From Planctomycetales bacterium (GTDB lineage Bacteria; 4484-113): a DNA stretch of 64,000 nucleotides. A program made the translations under genes and the position numbers. Below, piece after piece: positions 20,944-30,348 of this stretch (position 1 is the first letter of the stretch; the number at the start of each line of letters is the position of its first letter). Where the stretch lies: the NCBI GenBank assembly GCA_037441675.1, contig JBBIRS010000005.1, positions 75,648 through 139,647 on the forward strand. The letters are read 5' to 3'. The notes under the pieces are model-generated. The model did not search any database, had not been told where the DNA came from, and saw nothing but the letters and a program-made list of their open reading frames with translations.

Positions 20944-22728
20944 TTGTTGCAACTAACCGTTCAGGAGGGAGAAATGAGAAATCAAGGGTCTGCCTGTCCC
21001 AAAACTTTCTTCATTAGTTTAGTCTTGGTACTTTTCCTTTTACGTTCAAGTCCCATTTTCGCTCAGGGAATAACTGTTAACAGCATCCAGATTATCGGGC
21101 TGGAGAATCTGGATGAAAGGGTTGTGCTGGACACGATTGGGATTAAAGCGGGGGAAACTATTACTGGCAACGTGGTTAGTACTCTGGATGAGAATTCAAG
21201 GCGACTTTACGATACCGGTTACTTTCTTGAACCCCCTAAGCTTTCTCTTGATTATTACGAAGAAAAGACAATTCTGGTGGTTGAAGTTATCGAGAATCCA
21301 CCTTTTAGAGAGCTTATAATTACGGGCAACACAATATATCCAACTGAAGAGCTGATGAAGGCATTCACCACGAAGCAAGGTGAGGTCATTAACGTTCGCA
21401 AGCTGGAGGAGGAGATAGCGCAAGGGATTGTAGACCGCTATACCGGTGACGGATATATAGGCGCATACATTATAGATTTTGGAATAGTTACAACCGGTGA
21501 GGCTAAGGGGACTGTTTATGTAACTGTTGGGGAGGGTGTAATTGAGGATTTCTCCTTTGAGGGCAATGAGAAAACTAAAGAGAGCCTTTTGAGAATGATG
21601 GTCTCGCGCCATATACATACTGGTGATGTGCTTAGAAGGGAGAAGTTAGAAAGGGTGATGCAGGATTATTATAACGTTGGGATTTTTGAGAAGGTAGAGC
21701 CCACCATTGAGCCCTCCGAGACGCAGGGGAAAATTATCCTCAAAATTAGTGTTTCTGAAGCGCCCACGGGGCAAGCGGGAGTAGGGATTGGCTATTCAAC
21801 AGTTAATGGCGTTCAAGGCAGTATATCCTTTCAAGAACGCAACTTTCGTGGTAAGGGAGAAACTGTAAGCGCGCTTGTTATCTTCAGTCGTAATAACCCT
21901 GGTTATGAATTAGCTTATTCTGATCCATATTTAACACAGAAGAACTACTTTTCGACCTCTCTCTATGACTTAAACTATCGTCAGCAAAGAGATCCTGGTT
22001 CTCCAGTGGAAAGCGAGCTTGACATTGATAGTACTGGTGGGTCCTTTAGCTTTGGCGAGCGTTTTAGCGATACCCTCTCTGGCTCAATTGGTATTAGCCT
22101 TGTTGATTATGACTACACGGTCGTGAAGGGGGATCCTTTTGCGGGATTTGGTCCAGAGCGCCGTGCGAGATTACAGGAGGCTGGACAGACTAGAAGCGTC
22201 ACCCTCAGCCTAAACCACGACACTCGTGATAATATCTATAGCTCCACGAGAGGCGCAGTTTACTCCGCGTCCACGCAGATTGCTGGTTTTGGTGGTGATT
22301 TTGATTTCCGAAAGTACATTCTAGAGGCGAGAAATTTCTTTCCACGAGGAAGGGGAGATACCTTTGGAGTAAGAGCAAGGGTAGGTATTGCGGAGGGTAA
22401 TGTACCTATTTTTGAGGAATTCCGTCTTGGTGGAGTATTTTCCGTGCGTGGATTGCCTGAAGATGCTTTAATCGGCACTAAATCCCTTTTATTAAACGCG
22501 GAGTACCGTTTTCCTATAGATAAGGAAAAAACTTTTGTCGCAGCTATTTTTACTGACTGGGCTTCAGTTGGAGAGAGTTTTTCCGAACTGAAAACGGGTT
22601 ATGGAGCGGGTATTGGAATTCGTTTTAGGGTTCCCGCTCTTGGGCTTGGCGCGCTTAGGCTTGACCTTGGATGGGACATTAAAGAGGGTGGTTCTAGATT
22701 GCATTTTGGTATAGGTGAAATGTTTTAA
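20944..22728 (+). CDS. bamA: Omp85/BamA family outer-membrane protein (about 3 POTRA domains plus a beta-barrel)
   Basis: POTRA-like repeats (GN..., LY.TGYF), ERNFRGKGE, FRLGG..SVRG and C-terminal FGIGEMF. Confidence 0.88.
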   Translation: MLQLTVQEGEMRNQGSACPKTFFISLVLVLFLLRSSPIFAQGITVNSIQIIGLENLDERVVLDTIGIKAGETITGNVVSTLDENSRRLYDTGYFLEPPKLSLDYYEEKTILVVEVIENPPFRELIITGNTIYPTEELMKAFTTKQGEVINVRKLEEEIAQGIVDRYTGDGYIGAYIIDFGIVTTGEAKGTVYVTVGEGVIEDFSFEGNEKTKESLLRMMVSRHIHTGDVLRREKLERVMQDYYNVGIFEKVEPTIEPSETQGKIILKISVSEAPTGQAGVGIGYSTVNGVQGSISFQERNFRGKGETVSALVIFSRNNPGYELAYSDPYLTQKNYFSTSLYDLNYRQQRDPGSPVESELDIDSTGGSFSFGERFSDTLSGSIGISLVDYDYTVVKGDPFAGFGPERRARLQEAGQTRSVTLSLNHDTRDNIYSSTRGAVYSASTQIAGFGGDFDFRKYILEARNFFPRGRGDTFGVRARVGIAEGNVPIFEEFRLGGVFSVRGLPEDALIGTKSLLLNAEYRFPIDKEKTFVAAIFTDWASVGESFSELKTGYGAGIGIRFRVPALGLGALRLDLGWDIKEGGSRLHFGIGEMF

Positions 22729-22730
22729 GC

Positions 22731-24083
22731 GTGATGCGGTGTCTTCACCACTTTTATATACTTTTGCTTCTTTTCTTTGTAGTTCTATCTTCTCATCTCG
22801 CTTTTGCTCAAGAATCTCAAGATATACTGAACGATACTTCCCTCGTTGAAGATGTTGAGCTATCAATCACCTGGCTTGGAAGGGAGCCAAGCGCTAGGGT
22901 TTCAGAGGAGGTGAGGAGCGCAGTTGATAGGACGTTACAGCTGGCGATTCTTGAGCAGTTGGAAGCATCACTTATTGCGTTAGAGAATAGCCTTAAAGAA
23001 ATCACTTCAACTCTTAAGACTGTCATATCATTATCCTTGGAGAAAAGGGGAATACAACTTGAGGATATTGAAATTGTTCCCGGCAGACATACCAAGGTGA
23101 TGGTATCCCTTCGTTTAATGGAGCAGAACATTTCTCACTTTCAAGTGGAATTTCGTTTCAAACGCATTACACCTTTCATAGAGTTTCTAACGGCTGAGGA
23201 GCGTTCCGCATTAACTGGTGAGCTGGAAAAGCAACTAGGCGGAACTCCCTATACTGATGAAGCTTGGGTGGAGAAGCTTGTCCGTGAACAGGTTGACATC
23301 TTTTTTACAGATAAAGTAGCTTATGAGGATTTCAAAATTCTAGTTTTTGTTGTTCCGCAGGAGTTAACTTCGGTTTATCTGACCTTCATTCCCAAGGATG
23401 AGGCTATCCTACTTGAAAGATTTTACGTAAAACTGCGCTCCGATACACTTCTTAATATTCAAATGGAAACGATTGATTCTCTTGTTAATTCTCTACTTTC
23501 GGAGCTTGTTTTGTTACCAATGTCCTTTATTGACTCTAAAAGAAATGAGATTGCGCATTTTCTTAACGATAAAGTTACAAGCATCCCAGAGGTGAAAGTA
23601 GTTTCTCCATCTGCGACTTCCGAATTTTATCTTTTGCGTGATGAAATGTCTTACGTGTTAAGAGTAGAATCAGCGAAGTTTCGGTTAAGGCTTCAAGGAA
23701 GAGTTGATGTTAATCGTGAGCGGAACAATTCGAGATTTGATTTAACCGCGGGGATCCTAATCGGAAGTAACTCGGATGTTTTCTTTCACGGAACTTTTTA
23801 TCCCGGAGCTCCTGAGTTTCGTCCGCAGGTGGGAGTTTCTTTTCTGGCAGAGCCAACGGGCTTTTTTGAAACCGCTTATGATTTTAAGATGAACAGCACT
23901 CTATTTCGCACCCAGCTGAATGTCCTACCAGACTTCTACCTTTCCGCAGAGAGATACTTAAAGAATCGCCTCCGCAAAGAAATCGAATTCTCCATGACTT
24001 ACATCTTCAGGAACCTTTACGAGTTCAAACTAATTACCAACTTCAAGGGGGAGATTTTTGGAGCAATGGGAGTGAGAATATAA
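22731..24083 (+). CDS. Hypothetical exported protein with a possible C-terminal beta-barrel
   Basis: Signal peptide ending AFA; alternating hydrophobic strands in the last ~140 aa; tightly coupled between bamA and lpxD. Confidence 0.7.
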   Translation: MMRCLHHFYILLLLFFVVLSSHLAFAQESQDILNDTSLVEDVELSITWLGREPSARVSEEVRSAVDRTLQLAILEQLEASLIALENSLKEITSTLKTVISLSLEKRGIQLEDIEIVPGRHTKVMVSLRLMEQNISHFQVEFRFKRITPFIEFLTAEERSALTGELEKQLGGTPYTDEAWVEKLVREQVDIFFTDKVAYEDFKILVFVVPQELTSVYLTFIPKDEAILLERFYVKLRSDTLLNIQMETIDSLVNSLLSELVLLPMSFIDSKRNEIAHFLNDKVTSIPEVKVVSPSATSEFYLLRDEMSYVLRVESAKFRLRLQGRVDVNRERNNSRFDLTAGILIGSNSDVFFHGTFYPGAPEFRPQVGVSFLAEPTGFFETAYDFKMNSTLFRTQLNVLPDFYLSAERYLKNRLRKEIEFSMTYIFRNLYEFKLITNFKGEIFGAMGVRI

Positions 24084-25136
24084 ATGGCAAAGCTATCGGA
24101 ACTGGCAAAGCTTGTTGGTGGAAAGGTTAAGGGCGATGGGAACCTTGAGATTGTGGGCTTTTGCAGTCTTGATGCGCCGGTGAAAGACTCTATTGCCTTT
24201 CTTGAATCAAGAACTCACTTGAGAAAGCTAAAGGGTGCCAATTTCTCCGCCCTTATCACCACTGAAGCCTTAAAGGATGTTTTCCCAAACGCAATAATAG
24301 TTGCTGAACCTCGGCTGGCGTTCGTGCAGATAATGGACTACTTTCTAGCTAAAACGCGCAAACCACTCAGGAAGGCAAGAATTCATGAAACCGCTATCGT
24401 CGCTAAGAGCGCCAAACTTGGGAAGAAAGTTAGCGTTGGTGCGTATTCCGTAATTGGTAGTGACGCGAGGATTGCTGATGAAGTGGAAATAGGAGCCCAC
24501 TGCTATATTGGCGAAAAGGTTGTAATCGGGGAGAAGACGCGCCTTTTTCCTTTTGTCTCGGTGCTTGATAATTGTGTAATCGGCAGAAGGTCAATCATCC
24601 ATTCGGGTACAATAATAGGTAGCGATGGTTTTGGTTACGTCACAGTAAAAAGCGGGCACAAGAAATTCCCGCAGGTAGGCAGAGTTGTTATAGGTGATGA
24701 TGTTGAAATTGGAGCTCTTTGCGCCATTGACCGCGCATCTCTAGATGAAACAATAATCGGCAGTGGAACCAAGATTGACAATCTGGTGCAGATTGCTCAC
24801 AACGTGAAGATAGGCGAGCATTGCCTAATCGCCGCGCAGGTTGGTATCAGCGGACGCACCGAAATTGGTTCATGGTGCGTGGTGGGCGGGCAGGCTGGAT
24901 TACAAGGCGGTATTAGTGTGGGTGATGGCTCAATTGTGGCTGCCCAAAGTGGTGTGTTTGGTTCACTTCCACCTAAAAGCAGAGTTTCAGGTTATCCAGC
25001 TAGAAACCATGAGGATAGTATGCGCATTCTAGCACTTACATGGCGACTGCCAGAGCTCTTGGAAAAGATAAAGGCTTTGGAAGAGGAGATAAACAAGCTT
25101 AAAAAGCGTGAGAAGAATGAAAGAAGAAAAGGATAA
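24084..25136 (+). CDS. lpxD: UDP-3-O-(3-hydroxyacyl)glucosamine N-acyltransferase
   Basis: Hexapeptide repeats, [17 protein letters not shown] and [11 protein letters not shown]. Confidence 0.96.
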   Translation: MAKLSELAKLVGGKVKGDGNLEIVGFCSLDAPVKDSIAFLESRTHLRKLKGANFSALITTEALKDVFPNAIIVAEPRLAFVQIMDYFLAKTRKPLRKARIHETAIVAKSAKLGKKVSVGAYSVIGSDARIADEVEIGAHCYIGEKVVIGEKTRLFPFVSVLDNCVIGRRSIIHSGTIIGSDGFGYVTVKSGHKKFPQVGRVVIGDDVEIGALCAIDRASLDETIIGSGTKIDNLVQIAHNVKIGEHCLIAAQVGISGRTEIGSWCVVGGQAGLQGGISVGDGSIVAAQSGVFGSLPPKSRVSGYPARNHEDSMRILALTWRLPELLEKIKALEEEINKLKKREKNERRKG

Positions 25137-25184
25137 ACCTTAGGCGAGAAAAAACTGCCACGCTAATAGTTGTTGGAACCAAGA

Positions 25185-25886
25185 TTATGTCAGAACGGTT
25201 CCGTTTATGACTAACTTGAATTCTAAGCCCAAGAACTCGCTAGCGAGTTTAGTTACCATCATCCTCTCAGTAAAAATTTCAAAGTATTCCATCACTGAGG
25301 CAATTTCCGTATCAACAGTGAGGTCAAGAACTAATTCTTTAGTTTCTGTATTCACGGAAAGGGTAGCTTCTGTGCAGGCGAAATTTACATCATCATGAAT
25401 GTCCTTAAGCTCTGGATGGTAGCTTCTAACTCGGGAGCGATGCACGTCAGCTTTGTCCGCGATAATTAGCGCCGCGGTTACCGCGTTTAGTGCTAGATTC
25501 CCGGCTTGCTCATGGTTACCGATAGCTCCAAGGGCAATGCCAATGAACCTGGGCGCAATCTGAAATCTCCTGAGTATGGGATATACTATTGCCGCAGCGG
25601 ATTGAGGATGGTCCTCGCGCGCTATTAGGTTGCCAACATCGTGTAATAACCCAGCAATTTTTGCAAGCTCAACTTCATCCTCTGGGTAACCAAGCTTTTC
25701 CAAAATCATACCTGCATTCTCTGCAACTAGGGTTACGTGCCTGAACCCATGCTCTGTATAGCCAATCGCAGCCATTGCTTCATCTGCAAGTTCAATGAAT
25801 TCTATAACCTCGGGGTCTCTTTTGATTAACTCATATTTTCCCACGATTGATTGAACCTCTTCAAAATGCTTCTTTTCAACTGCCAA
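25185..25886 (-). CDS. HD-domain phosphohydrolase
   Basis: GYTEHG.RH, LLHDVGN, IGNH and ADKADVHRSRVR. Confidence 0.9.
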   Translation of the reverse strand: MAVEKKHFEEVQSIVGKYELIKRDPEVIEFIELADEAMAAIGYTEHGFRHVTLVAENAGMILEKLGYPEDEVELAKIAGLLHDVGNLIAREDHPQSAAAIVYPILRRFQIAPRFIGIALGAIGNHEQAGNLALNAVTAALIIADKADVHRSRVRSYHPELKDIHDDVNFACTEATLSVNTETKELVLDLTVDTEIASVMEYFEIFTERMMVTKLASEFLGLEFKLVINGTVLT

Positions 25887-25924
25887 TTTAACTCACTCCT
25901 TGACACTTATAAAAAGTAAGGTAG

Positions 25925-26542
25925 TTAATGGAGCGGTTCCTCAGGAAATATTAGGGTTTCTTTTGGTTTATCCGTTTCAGATTCTAAGGCTTTGGCTTCA
26001 CTCTCCTCTTTGTTCGTTAATGGTTTTTCTCCCTTTTCATTTACCTTTTGTTCCATCTCTTTAATCTGAGTTCCTGCGTCTTCAGCTGCCACTTCAGAAG
26101 CGGATAGTCCTTTAGCCTGAGGATGTTCAGCCATCCTTCTAGCCTCAAGTTTTTCCATAAAGCCCTTCAAAAGCCCATAAAACTCAAATTCAAATCTTTC
26201 CCTTTCGCTTTCAATCTGCGCGATATCCCTTGCCACCTCTTTAGCCCTATCTTGGGCTTCCTTTACCAATATCTCGGCTTCTTTCCTGGCGCTCGCGATT
26301 ATCTCTTCTCGAGTTTTCTGCGCTAGAATGACGCTTTCCTTAAGCAGGTTCTCGCTTGCCTTGTATCTTTCAAGCTCCTCATTTAATCTCTTTATTTCCT
26401 TTTTGAGTTCACTAATTTCGTCTACGTAAGCCCTCAGAGTTTCAAGCACATCCTTTCGGAATGCTTCTACGTCCTTCTTGCTGTAGCCAAATAATCCCCC
26501 AGGAAAATCTATCTTTTCCACGTCGTTTATGGTGAGTTCCAT
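25925..26542 (-). CDS. divIVA: DivIVA family cell division protein
   Basis: LT..DV...F...LFGY...DV..F N-terminal domain followed by a coiled coil with AQKT.EEI...A.KEAE. Confidence 0.85.
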   Translation of the reverse strand: MELTINDVEKIDFPGGLFGYSKKDVEAFRKDVLETLRAYVDEISELKKEIKRLNEELERYKASENLLKESVILAQKTREEIIASARKEAEILVKEAQDRAKEVARDIAQIESERERFEFEFYGLLKGFMEKLEARRMAEHPQAKGLSASEVAAEDAGTQIKEMEQKVNEKGEKPLTNKEESEAKALESETDKPKETLIFPEEPLH

Positions 26543-26681
26543 ATTTTTCGTGATTGATTATACCTGAACCTTCGTTTCACATACAGATGGAAGAGGCTAA
26601 AGCTTTGCTCTATCATGCTATTTGACGGCAAGCATTAGGCTATTTTGGCTCTGATGATGGCTTAACTGTACGAGTAGTGCG

Positions 26682-26990
26682 CTAGAGGGTGGACTCAACC
26701 TTCTTCTTTGGCTTTGCTCTTAGCTCTTTGGGTTTAGTCTTTATCTTCTCGTAGTATATTGCGGCATCTGGGCATATAACTTCGCACAGCTTACAGCTGA
26801 TACAATCATCTATATTACACTCAGGCACAGGCGTTCCGTAGGTGCCAAGAATATCCTCAGACCAGTAAAGGCATTCCGTAGGGCATTCGACTATGCATAG
26901 TCCACAACTCTTGCAAAGCTGGTCAAATACTACAATCCTGTCCCATTCATTCTCATAAACCTGGCTTCTGAAAATTGGTGTGATGTCCAT
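26682..26990 (-). CDS. 2x[4Fe-4S] ferredoxin, OFOR delta subunit
   Basis: CKSCGLC...CP and CISCKLC...CPD motifs; last gene of the OFOR operon. Confidence 0.9.
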   Translation of the reverse strand: MDITPIFRSQVYENEWDRIVVFDQLCKSCGLCIVECPTECLYWSEDILGTYGTPVPECNIDDCISCKLCEVICPDAAIYYEKIKTKPKELRAKPKKKVESTL

Positions 26991-27002
26991 ATAAACTCCG
27001 TT

Positions 27003-27587
27003 TCAAAAGACAACTTCCGTTCGTTCTATTTTTCTAGACTCATCAATTCCAATCTTGATTGCTTTCATATTTAGCTCGTGGAGGGAGGGATCTTTCTCAT
27101 AATACTTTTCAAATTGCTTTCTTAACGCTTCGTCAAGGTGTTCAAGGGAAATGAATTTAGTTAAACCGATAACGAAGCCCATAATCAGCATATTAAAGGT
27201 TCTTGGTGTAAGCTGGGAACGAGCAATTTCTGAGGCGGCAACTCCAACTATATGCTCCGTTACTGTTACCGGGCGCTCAAAGAGAGAACTATCATAAATA
27301 AGAAGCGTTTCTTTGGTTATGTAAGGTTCAATCCTTGGAACACTTCGTTCGGAGAGGCAAATTGCAATATCACTTTCATCAAAGCGTGGCGAGGCAATTG
27401 GTCTATCAGAAATAACGACAAAGGCGATACTGACGCCTCCCCTCATTTCAACACCGTAGTTTGGAATGTAGGTGGCGAAGAGTCCTTCGTCCACCGCACA
27501 CCTAGCGATAATTTCCCCAACTGATTGCAAGCCCTGTCCGCCTTCTCCCGCAAGAGTAATCTGCCAAGTACTCTTATTGCTATTCAT
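27003..27587 (-). CDS. 2-oxoacid:ferredoxin oxidoreductase gamma subunit
   Basis: AGEGGQG, P.YG.EMRGG and NM..MG motifs; ATG at 27587 chosen because it overlaps the TAG of the read-through beta gene. Confidence 0.9.
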   Translation of the reverse strand: MNSNKSTWQITLAGEGGQGLQSVGEIIARCAVDEGLFATYIPNYGVEMRGGVSIAFVVISDRPIASPRFDESDIAICLSERSVPRIEPYITKETLLIYDSSLFERPVTVTEHIVGVAASEIARSQLTPRTFNMLIMGFVIGLTKFISLEHLDEALRKQFEKYYEKDPSLHELNMKAIKIGIDESRKIERTEVVF

Positions 27588-28422
27588 CTTCCCCATTCTC
27601 CTTCTCGCTTTTATGCTCTTCCTCAAGCCAGTAGAATTTATCAGGTTGGTTTGGTCTGTCTACAAATACTCCAGTTGGGAAAGTCTTGACCAGCTCGTTT
27701 CGCATATAGTTGAGTGTGGCTTCCGCATCAGTTTTCCAATTATTTGGTCAGTTCACCAGCACCTCGACAAAGGCGAAACCGCGCCCATCTAACTGCCTTT
27801 GAAGAGCTGATTTGAAAATTCTTTTCATCTGAAGTGGACGAGCGCTACTCACCCTAGCAACGAAGGTATTCTCCTGAGCCAGTGATGCCACGAGTTTGCA
27901 ACCGTCCAGGGGTCTTCCGTGCTCCTCAATGGTTCTTCCGTATGGAGTAGTCTCAGTTTTTTGACCAATAAGAGTAGTCGGAGCTAACTGCCCACCGGTC
28001 ATTCCATAGTTTGTGTTGTTTCCCACAATGACAAGAACATTGTCGTTTCTCATCGCGGTGTTCACAAGATGTTGCGCGCCGATGGCGTAGGCTCCTCCGT
28101 CTCCCATATACGCTATGCAAATAAGCTCAGGTCTTGCGCGCTTAAGCCCAACAAGCGTAGGCGTTGTCCTTCCGTGATGAGTCTGAATTGTGTCCAAATT
28201 AAAGAAATCCCAGGCGAGTAAACTGCAACCAATATCCACACCAAAAACGATTCGGTCTTGGATATCCATTTCGTCAATGACGAAACCAAGATACTTGAGG
28301 GCAATTGTATGCCCACAACCACCGCAGAATTTGCTCGCCTTGGAGTGCGGGTTCCAGCATCGCGGAAAATGCGGAGCCAAATGTTCTATGTTACCTTTTG
28401 TTGCCTCCTGCAATTTAGCCAT
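27580..28422 (-). CDS. 2-oxoacid:ferredoxin oxidoreductase beta (TPP-binding) subunit, 280 aa, with an in-frame TGA at codon 225 (candidate selenocysteine)
   Basis: FCGGCGH, DIGCS, HGR, GDGG and NNTNYGMTGGQ.APTT; past the TGA at 27748-27750 the frame continues PNNWKTDAEATLNYMRNELVKTFPTGVFV...EDE to TAG at 27580-27582. Confidence 0.85.
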
Positions 28423-28430
28423 AAATACTC

Positions 28431-29519
28431 CTATGATAGGATCTTTTCCACCTCGCGGATAACTCGGTTTGGCGTAATACCTACGCCGGGTCTAAAGAGT
28501 CCATGCAACTCCTTACACTCGCCGAACAGATTCATTCTCACAAGGTCTGCTAATTGACCGTAGGCTGATTCAACGATTAGTATCTTATCTGCATTTTTAA
28601 TTGCTACGCGCAATTGCTTTTGCGGAAATGGAGCAAGCGTTATTGGACGGAAAAAACCCACCTTGTAGCCCCTCTCTCTAAGAAGTCTAACCGCCTCCCT
28701 GCATCCTCTTCCGACAATTCCGTGACCTATGACTACAAGCTCCGCATCCTCTGTGGAATTCATTTCAGCTTCTGCAATTTCGTCTCTGACTGAGTTATAA
28801 GCGTCAATTATCTCATTTAGGGCAACCTCTAACTCTTCTTCTACGCTAAAGGTATTCCTCCAGTGCTTTGGGATTCTTCCTTCCTTGAATGAGCCAGCCC
28901 TGCCTACGTATGCTTCCGGCTCTACCATTTCAACACCATGCACGGAAGGGTCGTATAGGGTTACACTTTCCCTCATTTGTCCTTGATAACCATCGGATAA
29001 GACAAAAGTGGGAAAACGGTACTTCCAAGCTGAATTAAATGCCTTTAATGTGTAATCAAATAAATCTTGGTGACCACTTGTTGAGTAGACTATCCTTAGC
29101 CCTTCACCATTTCCGCCATGAACAGCAAGAAAGACTTCCTGTTGAGAGTAAATTACAGTGGCTGTACTGGGACCTCCCCGTTGAACCAAAATAGCTACTA
29201 TTGGAAGTCTCATCATTTCAGCCATTGAGAAAGCGTCTTGCATAATCACGTGGCCTGGACCTGATGTGGCGGTGAACGCCCTGTATCCCCCCATAACTGC
29301 ACCAATAGTTGTAAAGCCAGCGGAAATTTCATCCTCAGTTTGCATAAAAAGCCTGCCATACTTCGGGGCAAGCCTCGCCCAGTAATGCATCACCTGGTTT
29401 TGGGGAGTAATAGGATAACCGAACATTGCCTTTGCGTTAGCTGCAAGCGCTGCCCAGGCAACTACCTCGTTTCCCATCATAAAAGCTTGGCGTTCGCCCT
29501 CTATTGGTTTCTCAGACAT
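28431..29519 (-). CDS. 2-oxoacid:ferredoxin oxidoreductase alpha subunit (VorB/KorA-like)
   Basis: GNE, FGYPITPQ, EDEI, TATSGPG, QRGGPST, FRPITL.PFP and VE...GQ. Confidence 0.93.
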   Translation of the reverse strand: MSEKPIEGERQAFMMGNEVVAWAALAANAKAMFGYPITPQNQVMHYWARLAPKYGRLFMQTEDEISAGFTTIGAVMGGYRAFTATSGPGHVIMQDAFSMAEMMRLPIVAILVQRGGPSTATVIYSQQEVFLAVHGGNGEGLRIVYSTSGHQDLFDYTLKAFNSAWKYRFPTFVLSDGYQGQMRESVTLYDPSVHGVEMVEPEAYVGRAGSFKEGRIPKHWRNTFSVEEELEVALNEIIDAYNSVRDEIAEAEMNSTEDAELVVIGHGIVGRGCREAVRLLRERGYKVGFFRPITLAPFPQKQLRVAIKNADKILIVESAYGQLADLVRMNLFGECKELHGLFRPGVGITPNRVIREVEKILS

Positions 29520-29658
29520 GGTGTCATTATATTATGTGAAATTTGTTACAAATATTATACCCAGCGGTCTTCTTTACTCTTTTATAGTAACATCTTTTTT
29601 ATCTTATTTCAAACTTTCCCTTCTCAAAAACGTCGCATTCAGGTAGAATTCACCTGCA

Positions 29659-30312
29659 GTGCTATTGGTGCGGTCTTTTACGGTTGGTCCCCTTTACAAT
29701 AACTGTTATGTCATTTGGGACGACGTATCTTTTGAGTGCGCGTTTGTTGATGCGCCCATTGGAGCTGAAGTTGTGGTTGATTTTGTAAACTCGTTAAAGC
29801 TTTCACCAAAATATCTAATAAATACCCATTGCCACTTTGACCACGTTTTTAACAACAGCTTTTTCAAAGAGAGATTCAACCTAAAGCTTGCCTACCATAA
29901 GAATGACGAGCTTTTGTTAATGCGAATGGTTGAAACTGCGGAAAGCTTTGGCTATATCGGCGTAAAAACTTCCCACACCGCTGATATTTATTTGAAAGAA
30001 GGAGATACCATCAGCCTTGGTGGAGAAACGATCAGGATAATTGAGACACCTGGTCATTCACCTGGAAGCATAACATTGCTCACTACTCAAAGGGCGTTCG
30101 TTGGAGATGTTCTCTTCAATGGAGGAATTGGCCGTTACGATTTACCGGGGGCAAATCCCCATGACCTTTACCATTCGCTAGTGGATAAGCTCTTTACACT
30201 GCCCAGTGAGACTATCGTTTTACCAGGTCACGGAGAAGCTACAACGATAGGAGCGGAAAAAGAAGATAACCCATTTGTTGAATACTTGCTATCAGAGCTA
30301 GGTCAAATTTGA
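29659..30312 (+). CDS. Metallo-beta-lactamase fold hydrolase (glyoxalase II/YcbL-like)
   Basis: THCHFDH, TPGHSPGS, GD.LF.GGIGR.D and PGHG. Confidence 0.92.
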   Translation: MLLVRSFTVGPLYNNCYVIWDDVSFECAFVDAPIGAEVVVDFVNSLKLSPKYLINTHCHFDHVFNNSFFKERFNLKLAYHKNDELLLMRMVETAESFGYIGVKTSHTADIYLKEGDTISLGGETIRIIETPGHSPGSITLLTTQRAFVGDVLFNGGIGRYDLPGANPHDLYHSLVDKLFTLPSETIVLPGHGEATTIGAEKEDNPFVEYLLSELGQI

Positions 30313-30348
30313 TTTTTCCTGTTCTTTAGTGCCTTGCCTGTGGAGTTG

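Noticed and set aside
26560..26681. Imperfect long hairpin (possible 6S RNA or fluoride riboswitch) between the ferredoxin gene and divIVA
   Set aside because: Pairing needs several bulges and G-U pairs, the region is too short for 6S RNA, and the GATGG/CTGATG words lack the correct fluoride-riboswitch architecture
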